DNA of 63,997 bases, counting the filler, from Octopus bimaculoides (Eukaryota): assembly GCF_001194135.2 (NCBI RefSeq). It is 4 parts of 4 records of this genome, joined end to end, with 100 filler letters (N's around TTAATTAATTAA, not from the genome) between each part and the next. Parts side by side here need not be neighbours in the genome. Positions count along the whole stretch, not along the records: positions 60,863 to 63,997 come from NW_026356901.1; 3 more parts are not named here. One strand, given 5' to 3'. A program made the translations under genes and the position numbers. Each line of letters starts with the position of its first letter. Positions within the stretch are counted from its first letter, which is position 1. Below the pieces are notes generated by a model that was not told where the DNA came from, searched no databases, and saw nothing but the letters and a program-made list of their open reading frames with translations. Shown one piece after another: positions 62,009 to 63,997 of this stretch.

Positions 62009-62969
62009 TCATATGAACAACTATCAGTTTTGCATAAATGTCTAAAAAACTTTCACTCTCTAAAGATGTACCCGATAGAAAACCTGAATCAAATAACTGC
62101 AGAAACTGCCATAATGACTACAGAAAATCTGATTACCATATCTGAAATTTGCAGTTTGAGAATGTAAATAAATTATAAATTTGTTTTTCAAAAGTCAGGT
62201 ACGTTTGATCCAGCACAATGCTAGCTGTGAGAGAAGCATCCCCAGAGTACTTTATTCTCCAAACCCAGCACACATCTCTCCATGACTTGCTTCATCTCTC
62301 TCTGTCTTTCGTGACCAGCAGAGAGATAAATAATTGAATGAATCTCCCACCCCCGCCAACCAGCCACTGACAATGAGCGTGAAATATAAACCGTGTGAGA
62401 GGCAAGTTGCTTCTATCTTCGTCATATCAGAACTTCATAACTTAATAGCAGAGATAAAACAATGTCATCATAGTCGTGTGAGCCAACCAACGCCAGCCAC
62501 ATCATCAGATCAATAGACAATACGACAGTATGTAGAGGAGAGATGCAGACATGACTGCATAAGGCTTTCTCTGTTTCGCTGTTATGTCGATAAGGTTTAA
62601 GAGAGACCCAAACTGTGTTATCAATGAAACAGTACACCAATTTTAGATAATTCCCTATGAGGTGCAGGAAGGTCACAATGGACGGGGTTGAACAACATTT
62701 AGAAATAAACAAGGAAGGAAGATGGTGGAGAACATGGCGTTGGTTAGGGGAAGGGGAAGGTTGGGTATCTTGTTGTGTAGCTACAGCTTCACTCGGCTAT
62801 GATCGAGTGGCAAGTATTACAGAGCTGAGCCAAGTTACTGGTAACACTGGAGAGTGTGGTGAAACAAGACTGAGACGATTTCAATTCCAGGAAATGGCTT
62901 TTTCTGTTGGCTACGTCACACAAGCGTTCTGTGTCCTTAAGTTTTCAAACAGGGCTGATATGCACCTCA

Positions 62970-63515
62970 GCAAAGCCAGCATCCAGAGACTAGTTTCAGA
63001 CTCATTGCTCTTCATCAGTCTGGAGTAGCTTGGCCTTTGAAAACTTATAGAATTTCAAGTGAAATAAATTCACTGATCTACAAAATTAGAAATATTACAT
63101 TTCTAAATCTCCTAGAGAGACATATACAGTAGCAGCACAATAAAGTGATGGTTTGTTGCCAACTTAACGTGGCAGTCCCAGGAAAAGGAAAAATGCTACT
63201 GCTATTTAGCCCCAGGAAACATCGTTTCCAGTTGGCTATATGACACAAGTGTTCTGTGTCCTTAACTTTTCAAACGGGGAAGATAAGCACCTCAACCCAC
63301 CGAAGCCAGCATCCAGAGACTAGTTTCAGAGTCATTATGTCTCTCTGAGAGATTTAGAAATGCAATATTTCTAATTTTGTAGATCAGTGAATTTATTTAA
63401 CTCGAAATTCTATAAGTTTTCAAAGGCAAATAAGCATCGACAGCTAGCAAGCCAAACTACTCCAGACTGGTGAATAGCAAGAACACTGAAACAAGCCTCT
63501 GGATGTTGGCTTTGC
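62970..63515. repeat. Long inverted repeat: arms 62970-63124 and 63336-63515, spacer 211 bp
   Basis: Inner about 92 bp of the arms differ at about 5 positions; the right arm has an extra about 25 bp. Confidence 0.9.
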
Positions 63516-63553
63516 AATTGTGGTTAGACTAAGGCTCCAGATTTTGAAGTCAG

Positions 63554-63634
63554 CCCAAGGTGGCACGCAGTGTGACTGAACATGGAACCATGTGGTTGGG
63601 AAGAAAGCTTCTTACCACACAGCCACTCCTGCGA
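63554..63634 (-). mobile_element. Family-A SINE 5' head
   Basis: Reverse complement CGCAGGAGTGGCTGTGTGGTAAGAAGCTT.CTTCCCAACCACATGGTTCC.TGTTCAGTC.CACTGCGTG.CACCTTGGG. Confidence 0.85.
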
Positions 63635-63997
63635 CTATTTGTTTCTTTTTACCAGAAATATTCCAGAAGCCATTTTAAAAATTACTAAAACTTACCTGTT
63701 TGTTTGTTTGTCAAATTAGATATTTGTTTAATTAAATATGTCTAATTAAATACTTCTCTAAAGCTAAATGTCTGCTTATTAGTGGACTGTATAAAATGTC
63801 TCCTAATTAGTTAATTAATTATGCAAAACTGTTTTGCAAGCAAATGTCCCTAGCACCTCAACTACAACCACCACCACCACTCCACGACAGTCACCACTAC
63901 CACTACTATCAACACTACCAATACAACCACTACCAATACTACAGCCACAACCACCACAACAATAACTGGTCCCACAACCACAACCTCCACCAAAACT

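Noticed and set aside
5545-62012. Low-complexity ORFs (VCVC, YIYI, poly-N/I/L, YLSI)
   Set aside because: Translations of di-, tri- and tetranucleotide microsatellites; no splice or homology support.
62199-62283. aagtcag|gtacgt as acceptor for the terminal exon
   Set aside because: The required phase gives K-Y-V-stop; the other frames show no MIEAP similarity.
63855-63997. Thr-rich mucin-like reading frame at the window end
   Set aside because: Indistinguishable from a decayed (ACC/ACT/ACA)n microsatellite; no acceptor or start found.

Overview
AT-rich, repeat-dominated eukaryotic scaffold with many N gaps. The SINE, LINE and microsatellite content resembles an octopus or other coleoid cephalopod genome (inference, no database search). 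One host gene is supported: five + strand exons (41226-59208) splice in frame into 268 aa resembling mitochondria-eating protein MIEAP/SPATA18. It lacks the long central region of the vertebrate protein, and its first and last exons were not found. The rest is decayed mobile DNA: mariner DD34D, maT DD37D and Tc1 remnants; a 2.3-kb Gypsy element with 103-bp LTRs and no RT/RNase H; a probable solo LTR; RTE, CR1 and R4/Dong LINEs (the last sitting in (TAA)n arrays); tRNA-derived SINEs; a possible Penelope remnant. The best second-look signals are two near-canonical minimal hammerhead ribozymes (14700-14767 +, inside a 310-bp TIR-bounded element; 35296-35340 -), a CpG-depleted domain matching the MIEAP gene body, and long inverted repeats within or just beyond the gene. 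Three N44-TTAATTAATTAA-N44 blocks are assembly spacers, so adjacency across them is unproven. I see no evidence of a CRISPR array, an rRNA or tRNA gene, or a wholly new multi-gene system. All alignments, counts and folds were done by eye.
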